In this document: one piece after another, positions 61,547 to 63,433 of the stretch
Layout: every line of letters starts with the position of its first letter
Numbering within the stretch: position 1 is the stretch's first letter
DNA from: Neoconidiobolus thromboides FSU 785
Taxonomy: Eukaryota > Fungi > Entomophthoromycota
Assembly (NCBI GenBank): GCA_025603075.1
Contig: MU626379.1
Location: forward strand, 1 to 63,433
Reading direction: 5' to 3'
DNA length: 63,433 nucleotides
Made by a program: the position numbers and the translations under genes
The notes under the pieces: generated by a model
What the model was told of the DNA's origin: nothing
Databases searched by the model: none
Seen by the model: the letters and a program-made list of their open reading frames with translations, nothing else

Positions 61547-63433
61547 ATGACACAAAATCCAAGCTTATTACCAACTGCTATTAAACCTATCCACTATGAT
61601 CTAACGATTCTACCAAAAATAACTAGCTTAACTTTTGATGGCCTAGTATATATTAATTTGTTAGTCAAGAAAGATACGGATAGTATTGTATTCAACTGTA
61701 AAGCACTTGATATAAAAGTGGCCCAGGTAACTAAAGACAAAGATAACAGTGAAATAGAAATTGCAGAAACGATTGTTAACAGTGAAAAACAAACATGTAC
61801 ATTGAGGCTTACCAGCTATTTAAAAAAAGATGAAAAGTGGACTTTATACATAGAGTTTCATGGAACAATTAATCGAGGAATGGCAGGATTTTATGGTTCT
61901 TCTTATAATGATTTAGAGGGCAATGAAAAGATGGTCGTATCTACTCATTTTGAATCTTCAGATGCTAGACAAGCTTTCCCTTGTTGGGATGAGGTAAGGA
62001 TTTTATTATTTATTTTTGCTTTTAATTTATTTTTTAGCCAGCGTTAAGGGCAACTTTTGATATAAAGTTAATAGTTGAAAAAGATTTGATAGCATTAGCT
62101 AATACGCCAGTTGAATCAAAAAATGAGATTGAAATCAACGGAGAGAGATTTGATGAATATACTTTTGAAAGAACCCCAAATATGTCAACTTATGTAACTT
62201 AATATTTTATTAATTACTATTTAATCCCATTTCATAGATAGTTGCATTTGCAATCGGCGATTTCGATTATGTTGAAGGCCGAACTGTAGAGCAAGACATA
62301 GTAACAAGAGTGTACGCCACACGTGGCAGCGCCCATCTTGGCAAATTTGCTTTAGATGTGGCTGTGAGATCAATGGACTTGTATTACAAGTTATTTGACC
62401 AACCCTATCCAATTAAAAAATTAGACTTAATTGCTATACCTGATTTCAATATAGCAGCCATGGAAAATTGGGGCTTGATTACATTCAGAACAGTACGTTT
62501 ATTAAATGAGGATGGGATCAGTTCTCTTGAATCAACCCAAAGTGTTGCTGATAGCGTAGCTCATGAGGTAGCTCATCAATGGTTTGGTAATTTAGTGGCC
62601 TTAGAATGGTGGTCTCAACTTTGGTTAAAAGAAGGATTTGCAACATATATTGCTAGTTATGCAGTGGATAAACTATTTCCAGAATGGGATACATGGACGA
62701 AGTTTATAATAGATAATTAACAAAAAGCATTAAAATTAGATACCTTAAAAGCCTCACATCCCATACAAGTACCAGTCAATGATCCAAAACAAATTGGACA
62801 AATATTCGATGATATTTCCTATTCTAAAGGAGCTTCTATTTTGAGAATGTTATTTTCCTATCTTGGTGAGGATAAGTTTTTTGAAGGAATAAGAGTTTAT
62901 CTTGATAAATATCAATATTCAAATGCAACTACTAGTGAGTTATGGCAATGTCTAGAACAAGCTTCTAATAAACCAGTATCAGAGTTTATGGATTTATGGA
63001 CTAATGTAGCTGGATATCCATTATTATCAGTCAAACGTCATAATAACAATCAATTATTAATTGAGCAAAGTAGGTTTTATTCCAACAATGATACTAAAGA
63101 TAAAGATACAACTACACTTTGGTGGATACCCTTATTATTAAACCAAACAAACTCAATTGAAGTATTAAATGAGAAACAAATGATTTTAGATATCCAATTA
63201 GATCAATTTATTAAGTTTAATATTAATTCTATTGGTGTTTACAGAGTATGTTATGATGAGCAATGTTTGTTAGATTTAGGCAAACAAATTGAATCTGGAA
63301 ATTCTTTAACAGATTCAGATAAAATAGGTTTATTATCTGATGTTTACCATACAGCTATTTCTGGACATTCAAGTATTACATTTTATTTAAATTTCATATT
63401 TAAATTCAAAAATGAAAAGAATCCATTGTAAGT
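61547..63433 (+). CDS. M1-family zinc aminopeptidase (Ape2/puromycin-sensitive type), multi-exon, 3' partial
   Basis: [49 protein letters not shown]...WLKEGFA and [10 protein letters not shown]; runs to the window end. Confidence 0.93.

Overview
AT-rich eukaryotic nuclear DNA with many short (~45-60 nt) GT-AG introns. The gene content points to an early-diverging fungus, possibly Entomophthorales (Conidiobolus-like); this is inference from the myosin-motor chitin synthase, paired proteinase K-like subtilisins, a class A-like 7TM receptor and an animal-type UGT. About 20 protein-coding genes are supportable, most only after manual intron joining: Rpn13-like, TPMT-like, CBS, SNX4, Nup57/54, PPR, Ste24-like, class V chitin synthase, ArfGAP, two subtilisins, Rab5-like, Sho1, Nop53, an alpha/beta hydrolase, UGT, COQ8, a partial M1 aminopeptidase and several unknown or secreted proteins. 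There is also an aldo-keto reductase pseudogene. The main unannotated structure is a ~105-bp hairpin-forming MITE-like element present in 16 intergenic copies. It has ATAT-flanked GGGGATGT inverted termini and a CpG-decay signature, and one copy has an arm rewritten from its opposite arm. Other leads are a tandem Kex2-type, toxin-like secreted protein family, a Ste24 paralog lacking all catalytic residues, and a subtilisin with AAGN changed to AAMN plus apparent gene-conversion tracts. Spliced gene models were assembled by eye, so their boundaries are approximate. The ORF-track entry 5675..5938 is labelled + but reads on the - strand. No tRNA, rRNA or CRISPR array was recognised.
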